Of a stretch of 64,000 bases of DNA, positions 11,807-47,671 are shown piece after piece. Within the stretch, counting starts at the first letter, position 1. Each line of letters starts with the position of its first letter. The DNA is taken from NCBI GenBank assembly GCA_965112155.1, contig OZ218098.1; one strand, written 5' to 3'. Position numbers and translations under genes: made by a program. This DNA is from Podarcis liolepis. Lineage: Eukaryota. The notes under the pieces were generated by a model, which made no database searches, had not been told where the DNA came from, and saw only the letters and a program-made list of their open reading frames with translations.

Positions 11807-14800
11807 TTATAGTACTGTCCACATGAAGGCAACTCCAAAGTTTTGGCACCATCCCAGCAAAAGATTGCATGAAATCATTGCTCCCCAGCTACTACAGAGT
11901 GTCTCCAAGCAAAATACATCCTTAGCCAAGGGAATAGTGCTGACAAGCCGTGATATAGCAGTGTTCCATGTTGGATACAAATATTACCTTTTAGGCTTGG
12001 CATACTTGGTGCTGCAATAGTTAGGCCAAATTTCTTCTAAGTAAGATTCATAGGATGAACAATGGTGAATAACTTCTAGCTCCCCTCCTCTTCACATGTA
12101 ACTTCTTCCAGCAGCCATAGGAAGAGGCCCAGTGCCCATGGGAACTCTTGGTGCTCTCTAGCTGAGTGCCTTGCCCAGCCCAGCCCAGCACAAGAGCTCA
12201 GCACAAGAAGAAATAAATCCACATGTGTCAAATTACAGAATCAATTTGCAGCCGTTTGTGCTAAAATTTAACTGTTATTACAACCATGTAAAACACAGCA
12301 TTTGAACACTGTACAGTCCTTCTGGATCAGAATAAAAAAAGTGAATGGTTTTTGTTTTGCCCTCCCACCCCCCCACCCACCCCAAGCATATACATAAAAA
12401 GGCATGAAAGCAATAATACAATACACGGAGTTACAGAGGAAGCTCTCAAGAAGTGTAAACAAGAATAGCAATTAAAATGTAATAATAAAAAAAGACAATG
12501 GCAGCAGAGCGATCAAAGTGCACAAAAGGACCAATCTACTGAATTGCAGAGGTTACAAGTTTCAACAATGGAAGAGTTTCCAGAACCTCCATGCTGAATT
12601 TCTGCCACATGGCTGTACTGTTTCTGCTCAAAAGTGTTGGATCTGATCCAACCCCTAGCTGAACATTAAAACTAAATACATCTCGGCTACATGCACACCA
12701 TTTGGGGATTGGGGTGGGGGGAGGGAGTATTTTCCTGAGTTCCTAAAGAAATACTGGCTCCATTCCCCTTACTTAGGAAGGCTGTAGGAGCCATTCATTG
12801 TTTGCTATAGAGCAGGTGAAGTTGCTGTTTGCCTACTTGCACAGGTAAGCGTCTTTGCACTGAATATTCCAGAGCCCCCACCAAGCACACATTATTTTCA
12901 AGGGAGATATTGTACTTGTCCTGTCTTGACTTACAATGGGCATGCTCCTAAAGGTGGCAAACCTGAATAGGAAATAATGGCATCAAAAGAAAAATACCAC
13001 TAGCAAACCTCTCTAGAGCTCACTTCGCAACTAGAGGTGGTAAATGCATTGTCCAAAAGTAGGAAGCATTAAGCTTACAAAACACCATGTAAAATAGTGC
13101 CTAAACTAGATACCGTTGAAATCCAAATAGCTTTCTGCATATGGCAGTCTAGTTTGTACAAGGGCATCCCTAATGTTGCTAGAATACTGGACAAAAAGTT
13201 GCTCCTTTTCTAACTCCTCACTAGTCCTCTCCAGCTGAGAGAACCTGAAAAACAGATAGTGTGATGAAAAACTACTATCTTGGTTAAATACCCTCTTATC
13301 TTTCCACATAAGATGCACTGTACTAGTCCCTCTTGCATCCTGTTTGGAGTCTGTTTTACACTCTTGCATTACCTAATCCTCTTTTTTTGCTGCAGGCATA
13401 CCAGCTGAATTTTTTAGCATTCTGGTCCACTTCCATAATGTCTCAAAGGTCTTTCATCAGGAAATTTAATTGTGCTGTTAGAGCAGAATCAAATTGGTTT
13501 CCTATCTGCACGTGACACTGAACTAAAATTTAGGATGGAGAATTTCAGGCATGTGCACCAAGGTAAGCCCTCTTATGCCCCTTGTCACTCTCACACTTGC
13601 TTTGGTCCCAGTGCCATTTCCAAGAGAGAGGTTGGTCGGATTTGAGGGAATTTCGGGGGGGGGGGGAGTAATTCGGCAAGGGAAACAAAGTACCATGCCC
13701 TCCTTTCTACTGTTCCAGTTTGAAACAGCAGCTTCCAAACTAGAATTGGAACAGGCCACTGGCAGAGAAGAATGTTTGCATGAGCTTGACAACAAAGTCC
13801 CTCAACAAAGAGATTTAGACAATAACTGCAGATAGAGAAAGCTTCCACCTGGGTTTTAACATGAGAATGCTGCACACAGGGAATGTTGCACATATGAACA
13901 TCAGAGATCCTACTGGGTAGGCGTTGTTTATCAGTTTTTACCTGGGTGGCTGTACTGCCTAGGGAAATCGTACATTTTAAATACATCTAACATTAATTAC
14001 TATTTCATCCAGGTTTTACTAATACCTGCACAACTGTTATTATCTGAATGCCTTTTCAAAGTACAATATGCACTGTGACCAACTCCTATATGTAAAGTTA
14101 CATTTTACATTTCTAATGTAAATAAGACAGTTACACCTCTAAAGCATAAACAAGATGGGTGGATAGCCTGCCTTATCCTCTAGGTATCTACCTAATTTTG
14201 GGTAGAACCAGAGAGTTGATTTATACATTTTCCTAGTAACCTTACACATGGTTAATGTCTGCTGCAACTCCTCACAGAGGTCCCCCCCCCCTTGCAGTGA
14301 TCTGTGGGTTGCTCAAGTTATTGGCTTGAGAAGTGTCATGCCTTAAGAAGGTAATACAAAGTCTGCTCCTCTTTGGGGATTTGTCCCTTTTAAGAAGCAC
14401 GCTGATTAAATAAAACTCTAGACATTTCCCGGATTTTGCTGTGTTTCAAGGAGAGTAGCCCAGCAAAGAATCCTGCATCTTTTGATCAATTGCATGGAGA
14501 AAAATGACTTGTCCTCCTTGGTTCACAGCAAATCAGGCCATGATACTGTCATTTTTAGAACTCCTTTACCCTTAACTCACGTTTGTACTCCCTCCCATTG
14601 TACGGAAAAGTTGAAAGTGTTAGAGCTTTCCTGCAAGGTCAGTTTAGTGAGTCGTACATGCATTGCAATTCTTTTTTTTTTCTGAAGATGCAAACAATCT
14701 GATCAGCATATGCAATCAATATAAAGGCAAAAAGTAACCCAATATTCTTAAGGAAGCCCTTAAGAGAAGCAGCTCATTGCCACAGGCTTATGACCAGAGG

Positions 14801-17796
14801 GGGCCGGGGGGGGGGCAGAGGGACCATGAATGCCCCAGTATGAATCAAGAGAAAAGGAAAGGCTCCAAAAGAAACAGCTGTAAAGCCAATGGGCTGGAGG
14901 AAAGTGACTAGTTCGTAGAGTTCTGCTACAGTTCATTTTGTTTCAAAGTGTCCCTTGGTTCCTGTGCAGTTCTTTGGGAGTCTGCAATAGACAGGGGCAC
15001 AAAAAAGCTAGGACAACGAAACAACAACAGCCAGCTTGGTTCTGCTGCTTGAAAAAGGACATGCACACAGATAGGCACCGTGGCTTGTCATCGTACCAGT
15101 CTATTACTGAAACATATAGTGCTCCAGAAATTAAACAGCTGATTTTGAGACCACACATTATAGCACTGCTCAGACACCTGCGGATGAACATTTTGAAGCC
15201 AGGAGTTGTACAAGGAAGAGTGTGGCATGCATTAATAATAATTTTTGAAAAATAATCTTAAACTTTAATTGGGCCACAGTCCTGCTCTCTGGCTGTCTGG
15301 TAGCCAAAGAGCTAATTGAGGCAACATCTGCTGTTTCCACTAGGGTGCAGTGCTCTAAAGCTCAGCAGGGTCGCCTTTCCTTAAGGTAACTATTGGCTGT
15401 CCTACTGCAGTTAGCTAGAGCATATATTGTCCATTAGCAATTCTTTTTGTGGAAAATGTGCGTCACAAGTTCAAGGCATGTAGGTGCTAACTGGGATGTG
15501 CATTTGACAGCTGTGAAATATTTCTGGATAAGCACCTTTAAAACTAATGTATTGCATGATGACCTTAATTCTGATCGTACCTTGTTAGACTGAAAATGGA
15601 GGTACAAATAAAAAAATATACAGAAATTGGAAGATCAGACTGGTAGAATGAACACATATTTGACTAAACAGGATCCCATCTTTTTCCTATTAACCTTTGC
15701 TCCAACTATAGCAAACAGGAGTCTTGTGTGCATTGAGGGAAATCTAACCTAGATATCAACCGTTTTTCAACACTTTTCTTTCTGTTCTAGAAGCCAATGA
15801 GCAAAATGAAGACTTATCAGTCATTACCCTTGAAATACTATCCTGAAACGATTGATATACACAAACATTTTTCAGCAACTGTGCAGCAGTTAGGGAAGTA
15901 AAATGTAAAATTCCACACAAGCACAATCTTTGTCTTCCCCCATCGCCATTCTTCTTTTCCTTCAAGAACACTGCAAGAACTAACTAATCATTAGGCCTCA
16001 CACCACCCCATGAGGTAAGAATTAAGGATTATTATTCCCTCTTCCCCATCTCACCAAAGGAAGAGGCAGACAAGAAGCTATACAAGCCCCTAAAATCATA
16101 AACAAAGCTCCTGTGACATTAGAAGAATTCCTGGCTCCCAGGGCTAAACAAGTAGCCTCTCCTCGTGGCTAGCAAAGGGAAGTTAGGATTGCCAGCTGCA
16201 GACTGCTTGCTTTGCTCCCTCACTTCTAGATAAAAAATATTAAAAAGCAATAGACCATTCAAACAAGCAACTGTGCACTATCCAGTCCTTCACTTCAAAC
16301 CAGACATCTGTTTAAGGAGGCATTTCTTGGAGCCAGGAGTGAAAACTAGATAATTCATTGAAAAGGCTGGGGGCAAATACTGATGGACAACAGCTCTGGA
16401 AAGAAGGTCAGGCATGAAGTATAAGCTTGTATTTGAAGAACCAGGTCTTAGGAAAGCTCCCTTCTAAAGCTATAGTTTTCAGGACTATACACGTTCTTAC
16501 AGCACACCTTACGTTCCTAGGAAAGGCTATCTTCTAAAGCTATGTTTTCTGTCTTGGCCATTTTGTTGACAGACAAATGGGCAAAGAATGGCATCAAGGA
16601 TCTAGGAAAGTAAAGGCTGCAATCCTATGCACACTTACTTAGTAGTAAGCGCCAATGAACTCAGTGGGCTTATGTCTGTGTAAACATTCACAAGAATTTG
16701 ATGACTTTCCTATCATCTCCAACATGCTTTCCACAAGGCTAGGCTGGAAATGGTATCCTTAGTGTCAATTCCACGGGACTCTTGTGGTTTGCCAACAGCC
16801 TAAGAATAACAGAGCAGTTCTAGTTTTTGTACAAGTGCGCAGCCCCTCTTTACAGAAGCTTTTTTGAGTCACCTGCATGGTTGTGAGCCAGCTCACTTCC
16901 AGAATCTGCACAGGAAAAATACAGAGGGAGAGACGGGTAGACAGTTCTTCTGTCTACAGTTCTTCTGTCTGCCACAGTCACCCCTCCTGGTGATGCAAGT
17001 GGTCCAAGGACATGAACCCATCCCTGGTGAGCTGCATGGAATCCAGCCCACCGCCTTGGCTTCTTTCAGAAACTACTCTTGCTCTCTATGTGCAGGACAT
17101 CACACAGTTCAACTGAACAGAAAAGCATTCCTCTGCATGAAATATTTTTACTAATCTTTGAGAATCCTCATCAGTGCAAACAAGTGAGGGAGCTAAAGAA
17201 CAGGCATGCTGAGTCGCCTGGTTTCACTGCAAGAGAACACACACATGAACAATGTGTGCTGGATATTGCATAGATGCTGTAAAAGCTAACTTTCCTGACA
17301 TGAATCAACCACTGCTTAATTTATAGGACTACACTGGCTGCTAGACTGAAACAGAAGAGCCGCACCACTATTGCTACTGAAAAGATGTGCTACTGGCCCA
17401 AACCTACAGCTGAGTGGCCTGCCTGCTTCCTTAAATGACTCCTTCCACCTCCCTGGTGTTCTAATGCTCACCTTAAATTTTCAGCTGTATGGGTTTGGAA
17501 AGAAATAGTTCAAATGGTTTTGTCAGGTTAAATCTGTTAGACATCTACTCGGGTGTGAAAGAGGAGATGAAAAGCCGATTCAAAAGCACTTTGGGAGCTG
17601 TCTGAAGAGGAGAACCCAAATTTGTAAAGAATCCATCTACAGGCATTGTCTACTGGCCTGTATTCTAAGCTCCATCCTGAATTATTGGCATACAGTATGA
17701 CTGGCAATGCAGTTGCCTCCTTAGGCTGTGTTTCCTCATTCCAAACCTCTCATGAATAAGCGCTGTGAAACCTTAATCTCCTCATTCTCAGCTCTA

Positions 17797-39443
<21,647 letters not shown>

Positions 39444-41179
39444 GTCAAAGGCTGTAAGAAAAGGAAAAGGTGAACAATGACATTATATGCAGCAGTCATA
39501 GCAGGGGGGGCGGCAAATGTGTTAATAGAAAAAGGCTTCACTTACAACTAAAAGCGATAAGCCCTATCCTAAAGCTAAATAACAGGCTTAAGCTGCAAAA
39601 TCCCAATAAAATATATACTGAGTTCATATTGCACAACTCAAGCTTTTTGGAGGGGGGGAATCACCACCAGCAAGAAAAAGACAGGCAACTAAAGGTAATT
39701 ATTGCAAGAAGCAGCACCTTCAAAATCTTTCCAGGTTTTCAATCACATTTATCAAATTTTCTACAGATAGGAATATACATATAGTATTATTGATTTACAA
39801 TGAAAATTATATTCCATTATCTATAATAATATGCCAACTCAAGTCCACTTACAACAGTATAAAATAAACATAGCAAAAATATGAGATAAACAAAGCAACT
39901 ACAAAAGCAATAAAACAACAGGAAAGGGTTGACTTGAAGCTGTGACTCATACTTGTGATGACAAGGGGAATGCAACTGCAATCCTAGACACTCTCCTAAT
40001 CAAACATGTTGATAATGCTTTTTAAATAGAGACAGAAAGCTACCAGTCCAGAATTGTTCAAGATAAAAACCAGAGTTAATTTATCCTGCCGTTCACTTAT
40101 ACCTGTCTAACTGCATGAGACGACAGCACAACCACTGTGTTAGAATACAGGCCACACCAAATTCCCATAAAGCAGAGGTCAGGATTGAAGGGCAATTAAA
40201 AATAAAGAAGAATGGAGAGTGCTGAACACCTCTCTCAACTAAAATTTAGTCCTAAACCCATTTCTTTTGGCTATTTTTCATTTTGCATGGGTTACTTCTA
40301 GTCTTGGGATACCTAGGGCAAGAAAAATGTCCCTGAAGGGGTGGGTGGTACTGAAGATATATTTTAGCACCTATTCTGCATTTATGAAACCCCCTGTGCA
40401 CCTTACAGGAATTTAATGGTAACCAGATACTAAAATACAAGACTGCCATCGGTTCATGAGGGAGGGTAGTGGATGCACCTCCATCTTCTGTTGGAATATC
40501 TGGCACCACTGGGGTGGGGGTGTCTTCTGATAAGACTACTTGGGCCTCTCCCAAACAACAAGCTTCCCCCTCTTATCCTATTTCTCCTCTCTTTCTGATT
40601 AGTCATGCCAAGAGGTCTCCATAGGGCTCATGACAGGTACACTCCCGTATGCACAATAAATTTGGTTATGTGGTTGGAAAGAACAGATAGTTAACATCAG
40701 GAGTAAGTTCTTCCACCTAACCTGATCCATGGAATAGGTTAAGCAGAACATTATGAAATGGCGGCCAACTCTGTGTGGTACAAATGCTGCCAGGATTGTG
40801 AAGGATGACAGCTGATCACAGAACATGGAGGTGTTTCAGAACTGGTTTCAAACCTCCTGGGGTAGACCTCCCCAGCAGAAAAAGGCATGCAAATTGGGTG
40901 AAAAACTGTAGAGCAGCAAAAACTTGGGTCTCTTTCATCATGGGATTCCACCTGCACTGAAAAAGTCCAGGAATAGCAGAAGTCTCAGCCTTTTGAGTCT
41001 CCCTTTCTTTCTTTAGAGTATACTAAGTAGGTCAGTACACAAGCTGGAAGCCCTAAATCATGGTAACCCTTTATTTAGCCTCAGTATTTATTCTGCTCTG
41101 TCAAAAGCACTAAATCCACATAAGCATTCACAGGAAATGAAACAAGTGAATGCTGCAGATGAAACACGGAAGGCCTTAC

Positions 41180-41481
41180 CTGAGATGGTCCTTACGTCTC
41201 ACGCTGCACGTCTTGAGGCTGGGGTGGCCTCTCCCTCCTTGATGCTACCTGACAGAAAACATTCCAAGTGCTCAATGTGCCTCTTTGCATCCACCTCTTC
41301 CGTCCGCAGCTGGCACTTTCAGGCAGTCATTAGCATGGTCCCTCTCAGCCTTGCCCACCAAACTCCATAGTCAGTGAAAACTTTTCTGCTTTTTTCTACA
41401 CAACTGATGATCATTGGTCAGGTTGAAATAAATATTGCTTTTCCTTTTTATGCAGATGATCTCCTTCTTCCAATGGATTGA
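41180..41481 (-). other. Candidate 5'UTR exon of the USP6NL-like gene
   Basis: Acceptor tttcctccccag and strong donor CAG|gtaagg, 1.7 kb upstream of the ATG exon, which itself starts with an acceptor and therefore needs an upstream exon. Confidence 0.5.
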
Positions 41482-41904
41482 CTGGGGAGGAAATTTGAAA
41501 ACAAATATAACTTTTTAAGCCTCAAAAACTACGACCCCCCCCCCCAAGAATTGAAATGCCTTCATCACAAACTGAGTTCTCATATTACTTCGAGTAAGGG
41601 AGCAGATATGTAAAATCCCAGAGCAAAAATCATGGCCACTGTGCTAGCTAAAACCATTGTCTAGATTAGCATTATGTGTGAACCTGCACTCATGGCTTAT
41701 CTCACTCTAGAATAACCATGAGATTTCTCCTTCATTTATTCCTAATGACTTGTTTGGGGTAGACAAATCTCAAGCCTGGGTCTGCCAGTGGGAAGCCACC
41801 AATTAAGGGATTTCAGGAAGGAGCAGAATTTGTATAAGATAATATGTGCAGAAGTTCACAGAGACAAACTATTCCTTATGCAAAACACACTGTATGCTTT
41901 AGAT

Positions 41905-42238
41905 CAGGGGTCTGCAACCTTTAAGACAAAAAGAGCCACTTGGACCCGTTTCCGAAGGAAAAACAACAACTGGGAGCCGCAAAACCATTGTGACATTTAA
42001 AACAAATATATCTCTGGAGCCACGATCTGACAGCGGGCGGGAAGGTGACGTCGGGACGGTGTGTGACTAACGCACGCACCGCCCCCATGCGACGTAACAG
42101 CCAGTACAGCGCCCGCCACAGTGAGGAGTGTCGGGGTGCACAATGCGCCTCCTCCCCTCACTAGTATCCACCCCGGAGCCGCAGCAAAGATGTAAAAGAG
42201 CCACATGTGGCTCCGGAGCCGCAGGTTGCAGACCCCTG
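41905..42238. mobile_element. hAT (Charlie-type) MITE with CpG-rich core
   Basis: TIR CAGGGGTCTGCAACCT/AGGTTGCAGACCCCTG; perfect 8-bp TSD CTTTAGAT. Confidence 0.92.
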
Positions 42239-42448
42239 CTTTAGATAGTACATAACTTTGGATACCTCTGATTTAGCCCAATCTAACAACATTGTGTATT
42301 TTCTGATACCAGTTATACTTTTTTCTTAGCTAGCAAAAAAATTTATTCTGAACAGTAAATAGTTGTTCATGCTGTACTGCATTTTTTTTAGGGGTGGAAT
42401 TTTGCTGTCACTTTACAAGGCACTCATGATTAAGTTTTTAAAATGAAT

Positions 42449-42482
42449 GAGAGAGAGAGAGAGAGAGAGAGGGTGAGAGAGT
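42449..42482. repeat. (GA)n microsatellite
   Basis: Read directly. Confidence 0.9.
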
Positions 42483-43460
42483 ATGAAGCACAGGAGTTAG
42501 TATTTCTATAGTAGCATTATGTCATTTGTCGACAATTTGCTTATGTAAGGGAGCTCAGTTTAAAGGCAACATCTGATTTTAATCAGCCTTTTATTTTCTG
42601 ACATGGCCGATTGGCTCTCAAAATCAGTTGTGTTCAGCACCAGTATCTTCAGGTCATTGAGGCTTCAAAGAAATGCTATGCATCAGATACCCATAAAACT
42701 CATCAAAAAAAACCCTGCCCACCTCCCAGCAAGGCTTTGCTCATGTCAGCAGAAACGAGATGTTAGTATTCTTTAATGAGACAGATTGAGTTGGATTTCT
42801 AGATTTCTGGAAAAAACTAAGAAAGAACTTAAAGAAGTAGCACACAGCACAGCACCCCAGCATAGAATGGTAATCACAACACCAGTTGTTAAACTGATTC
42901 TTTTTAACCAGTTCGCTTAGAGAAGAGGGAGCAATGAGATAGAGCTATATGACAACAATCAAAATGACATGCAATGGCCATAGATCAGTGTCTCCATAAG
43001 CAGATCTGCTGCAAGCTGGGATAGAGAGGGAAATTCAGTTCTGTTCACATTTCATGAGGACTTTTTGAAAGAAAAGAAAATCACAAACGAATGCAGAAAT
43101 TTGGAGATCTGAAGGTCAGAAAAATGTGAAACTGAGAGATTCCTCCTTCCTTTGCACCAAGGAAGTGCAAAGCAAGGGATGGAGGTACAATTTGGAATAC
43201 TAAAAGTGGGAGACCCGGCAAGATGTGCTAAACTCACCCACGCTCCTCTCAAGAGTGGGCTCCAGTATTGAAAGCAAGTCCAACTGGAGAAAAGCAGTTG
43301 CAAGGGGATTATTCAGCATTCAGCCGCCCATCCCTGCACACCACTAGCATTTTAAATTGTATCACCACAGCACAGGATGGAGCTACATTAGGCCCTCATA
43401 CTATTTTGCTGTAATTTACATGATCATTCTATTTTCACAGCAGTTGGGAATCACTCAGAG

Positions 43461-43743
43461 CAGTGGCATAGCTAGCCACCCAGGTGCCCAGGGCAGTGCA
43501 CACACGCCCTGTGCTCAAGTGAGCTGCCCATGGGGGCGGGGCAAGCCTACCATTGGGTGGGGCAAGCCGGGACAGGGTGCGCTGCGCAGAGCCTTGACGC
43601 TGCCTCCCCCTCATCTAAAGGGCAGCTGAGGGAGAGGTGGCTGGCAGGCGTAAGCCCCTTACTGCGAGCCTGCAGGCGCCCGAGCCACCGTGTCACTCCT
43701 ACATGCCACAGTGTGGCAGCCAGTGTCCTAGCTACGCCTCTTG
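43461..43743. mobile_element. hAT-type non-autonomous element
   Basis: Imperfect TIR cagtggcatagctag/ctagctacgcctcttg; perfect 8-bp TSD ACTCAGAG; GC-rich. Confidence 0.82.
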
Positions 43744-44168
43744 ACTCAGAGCACACTCCTATTTGTTTTTTCTCCATGAGACCGGTGCCATTTTGTCACA
43801 AAGTGACATTTCAGCTTGAAATTGACAATTTTTTCAACTTTTAGAATGAAGAGCACATATGAAACAACTCTGTTCCACCCATGACTCCATCCACTCAAAG
43901 CATGCTCTCAGAAGGATGATTCACTACCTTTACAGTAATCCAGGCATTCACTCGGTCTTAGCAACCTGACCCATCACTTGTAAAACAGCACAATGCAATG
44001 GTCAAACCTATTTGTGTTGTCAAGCAACGAAGTAGTTATAATGCTTACTGTGGAAATGATGAGATTTCCTATGATCTCTATGCTGAGAGTGGTGCTCAAG
44101 CTATGTCTTCAGGGTTAACCTTGTACCTTCCTAGCCTGATAGAAAATGTAACAGAATGATGGCAGCTA

Positions 44169-44410
44169 CAGTGGTACCTTGGGTTAAGTACTTAATTCGT
44201 TCCAGAGGTCCGTTCTTAACCTGAAACTGTTCTTAACCTGAAGCACCACTTTAGCTAATGGGGCCTCCTGCCGATGCTGTGCTGCTGCTGCACGATTTCT
44301 GTTCTCATCCTGAAGCAAAGTTCTTAACCCAAGGTACTATTTCTGGGTTAGCGGAGTGTGTAACCTGAAGCGTCTGTAACCTGAAGCGTATGTAACTCGA
44401 GGTACCACTG
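44169..44410. mobile_element. Tc1/mariner (Tigger-like) MITE, family A
   Basis: TA-CAGTGGTACC...GGTACCACTG-TA; colinear with 35441-35682 and the same 242-bp length. Confidence 0.92.
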
Positions 44411-46612
44411 TACTTTGATTTCACATTGGCATGAACCCTGTTCTGCTTAGTGTTATAAAGGTGTACCCTATGGCTAGGCATCAGGCCAGTTCAACTAAAT
44501 TAACCTCTGAGTCTGCGACCTCCCCTTCCCACCAACCCAGATAAAAGTTTAAAATATACTTTTGGATGAGCCATATCAGCAAAAGGAGTTGACAGAAAAT
44601 AAGTGGGAGGATATTTTTGTAATGAGCAGTAAAGACTTGATAGGACAGGTTGTACTCCCAACTCCTACTTTCTATAGACTTGATGGACAGCTTAGTGTTG
44701 CTTCTGCATGTTAGAAGTATACTTTGCTTTGGTTTAAAATGAAGAAACAAGATGTTAATAAGTAGGTGTGATACTAGCAGAGACAAACTACTTTAAATAG
44801 ACACTAAACTCTTCAGTGTCAACATTTTCTTCCAAGCCTTCCACAGCAATTCTTCATCTGCTATTTTTAGATCTTGCAGAGGATAATTAAGACAAACATT
44901 TGTTTTGCTTCAGCCTAGAACTCATCTGCCAGATGATGGAAGCTAAAGAAACAAGAGTTTCTTTTTTGGTCTTGGTTTAAAACAAAAAACAAAACAAAAA
45001 ACCTTTTACTTGACACATACAGTATTAAATTGTACCGACCACACCAGAAAAAGTAGACAAACTGAAGAAAAATCTTTGACGCATGCACACATTTCTTAAG
45101 CCCCTCTCTCACAGATTTTACAAACAAATTAATCATTCTTATGTTCCATAAAGGATCAAATACATGCAGCTGTGCCTTTGGAAGTGTTTTGTACACACAC
45201 AAATATGTCCTGTTCCAAAACTGCCAACCACTTTCTCCTGCATTTTATTTTCATGTTTGCCATTAAACCTGATTAAAATAGTTCCTTTAAACACCCCTGA
45301 AATCAAGAAGAAAAGCATCTGTGGCCAATTCAGTCTTGATTTGTGGTTTGTTAAACTGTGGCTTGGTGTCATGTGCAAGCCAGGCCAGTGCTGTAATATC
45401 TTGTTGTCCCTTAATCTTTCATAGAACTTGGTTAAATATGGTTGCTAACTATCTCTGCACTCTGTTTTAAACATTAAGCAGCCACAGCACGTAACCTAGT
45501 ATTTCATGGCCAGAAGAGGGAAATCTTGTTGGTTCTGACTGATAATTTCTTAGCCCAAACCAAACAATAACCCTCTTCTTAAAAGTCCCATAACCTGTAT
45601 GTTGCATTTAAGCTGGAAATGACTTCTAATTCTGGAAAAAATCATCAAGCACACTTTATTATTACAAACAGTGTATCTTAAATCCCTGCAATGACTTTTG
45701 TATAAGGCTGCAGATCTCTGCAATCCACTGTGTCCATGGGGTCTTATGCCTTAAAGTCACTTTACATAATGTCCCAGAGCTGTGTCAATTAACATTAACA
45801 GTTGGATTTTTTCCTGATGTTTATAAGTAACAACTCACATTCTGGAAAGATGTTCTAAGATGTTTTTTGTTTTGTTTTCTAAATGAAAAGAAGGGGTGCT
45901 TCCTCCCCCCCCCCTTTTCTGTGGGACACTGAACACTGGAAGAGATGCTTTCTACACTTACTGGATATCAATTATTCAATAATGGTATTTAAATAAAACT
46001 GAGGGATAATGAGGTTCTGAGACTGTCTGAAGCCAAACCCTCGAGAATAGAAGCTCAAGAGAGTCCTTGAGCTGCTCTTCACAGCAGGAAGCACTGAGAA
46101 AATTAGCTGTCACCGTGCCCTGACTGAACACACATACTGCATGAGGTTTGCTGGCCTGCTCACTTCCACTGATGCTCTTTCTGCTTGGCCTATATTTGTG
46201 CATGTATGAGGCACATGGTTTTTCTTTTTCATCTAACCTAAAGGCTGAGGACCAGTTATAATAGGAATTGGGAACCTGTGGCCCTCCAGATGATGTTGGA
46301 TGAAAACTCCCATCAACTTGAACCATTGGCAATACAGGCTGGGGCCGACTGTGATGTGGTTCAACAATGTGGTCTAATAACCATCTTTTATTCTTCCTGC
46401 TGCTCTGTGAAGTTGGTTAAATATATATATGTCTTTTTCAAAGTAACTACAGTGAGCTACACAGCCAAACAGGACTTTGTCCCTTTCCTTACTGAAACCC
46501 ACTTCTATCAACTTGATCATACATAAATAAAATTGGCCAGAATATAATCTGGTTGCAGCTTTGAACTGAGTCTTGCGGACAAACATCCTTTAGCATCTCT
46601 GCTGTTAGAGGG

Positions 46613-46615
<3 letters not shown>

Positions 46616-46670
<55 letters not shown>
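46616..46670. repeat. Compound (GT)n(GA)n microsatellite
   Basis: Read directly. Confidence 0.96.
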
Positions 46671-46675
<5 letters not shown>

Positions 46676-47671
46676 GTCAGATATTTCATCCATCTCTGCA
46701 AAGACAAATACCACATTTTCAACTTGCTAAAATGCAATATTGCCTCTCATTGGCATATTTTGCTTGACAAAACATGGCTTAGTAGTCCTGGATATTGTCT
46801 GCCACATCAGTGATGCATAGCATGATTTTCCCTCTGCCCTAACCCATGTCAACTCATTAGGTTTTTTTATTTATTATTATAATAAATTTATTTGGTAGCT
46901 GTGCTTTCCCTGCTATGCACACCCAGTCTAGACTGATCGTCAAGGCACAATTCACCACCCCCTAAAAATCTGGATAAACAGCCGTTAAAACCCCTCCTTC
47001 CATTAGCTGTCTGGGGTCTGTGTTTCCTGCTACTGGTTCACAGACATACCACATTATGGATAAAAGGTGGCTGGGACTCAATTGATTTGTTAGAAAGAAC
47101 CACACAATTGACACACGGCATAGGTATAATATGCATGATAGCCCTAAATATGTAACACAACCGTAAAAAATAGAGTGATTTTTATTTGATTATTTCTTAC
47201 CCTGAGATTTTTGTAACTCATATTCATAAGAACTGGATAAAAATGAGAGTTCTGGTATCAGAAAGAAATTCAGCCACACAAAGCAAGGCACGCTTATTCA
47301 TACAAACAGCACAAGTCATAGAATGCCATGAAAAGTTCTTTGGTAAGGGTGGAAGAAGACAAGAAATATTTTACAGATCACAAACACATTCTCTCGTAGC
47401 TTTTGCATCAGATGAATCACTGTATATTACATATATAATGAAGAAAATGAGAGTTAGATTAGAACAAGTGTGTGAGAGTTAAGACCAAATTTATAAAATA
47501 TATTAGTGATGAGTATGAAAAAAGTAACAGCTACTGTATGCTAATTAATTTGGAATGAAAATGTTTAACCTTTTATATATTCACAATCTAACACACTCCA
47601 AATAATTCACATATAACAAGGAGTATTCCATGTTTATAAAATTGCAGGATATTCAGATATTGCTATCTAAA

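Noticed and set aside
40097-40200. Possible alternative first exon (ATGCAGTTAGACAG|gtataa, minus strand)
   Set aside because: Weak donor, and the ATG would be out of frame with the next exon, hitting an immediate stop.
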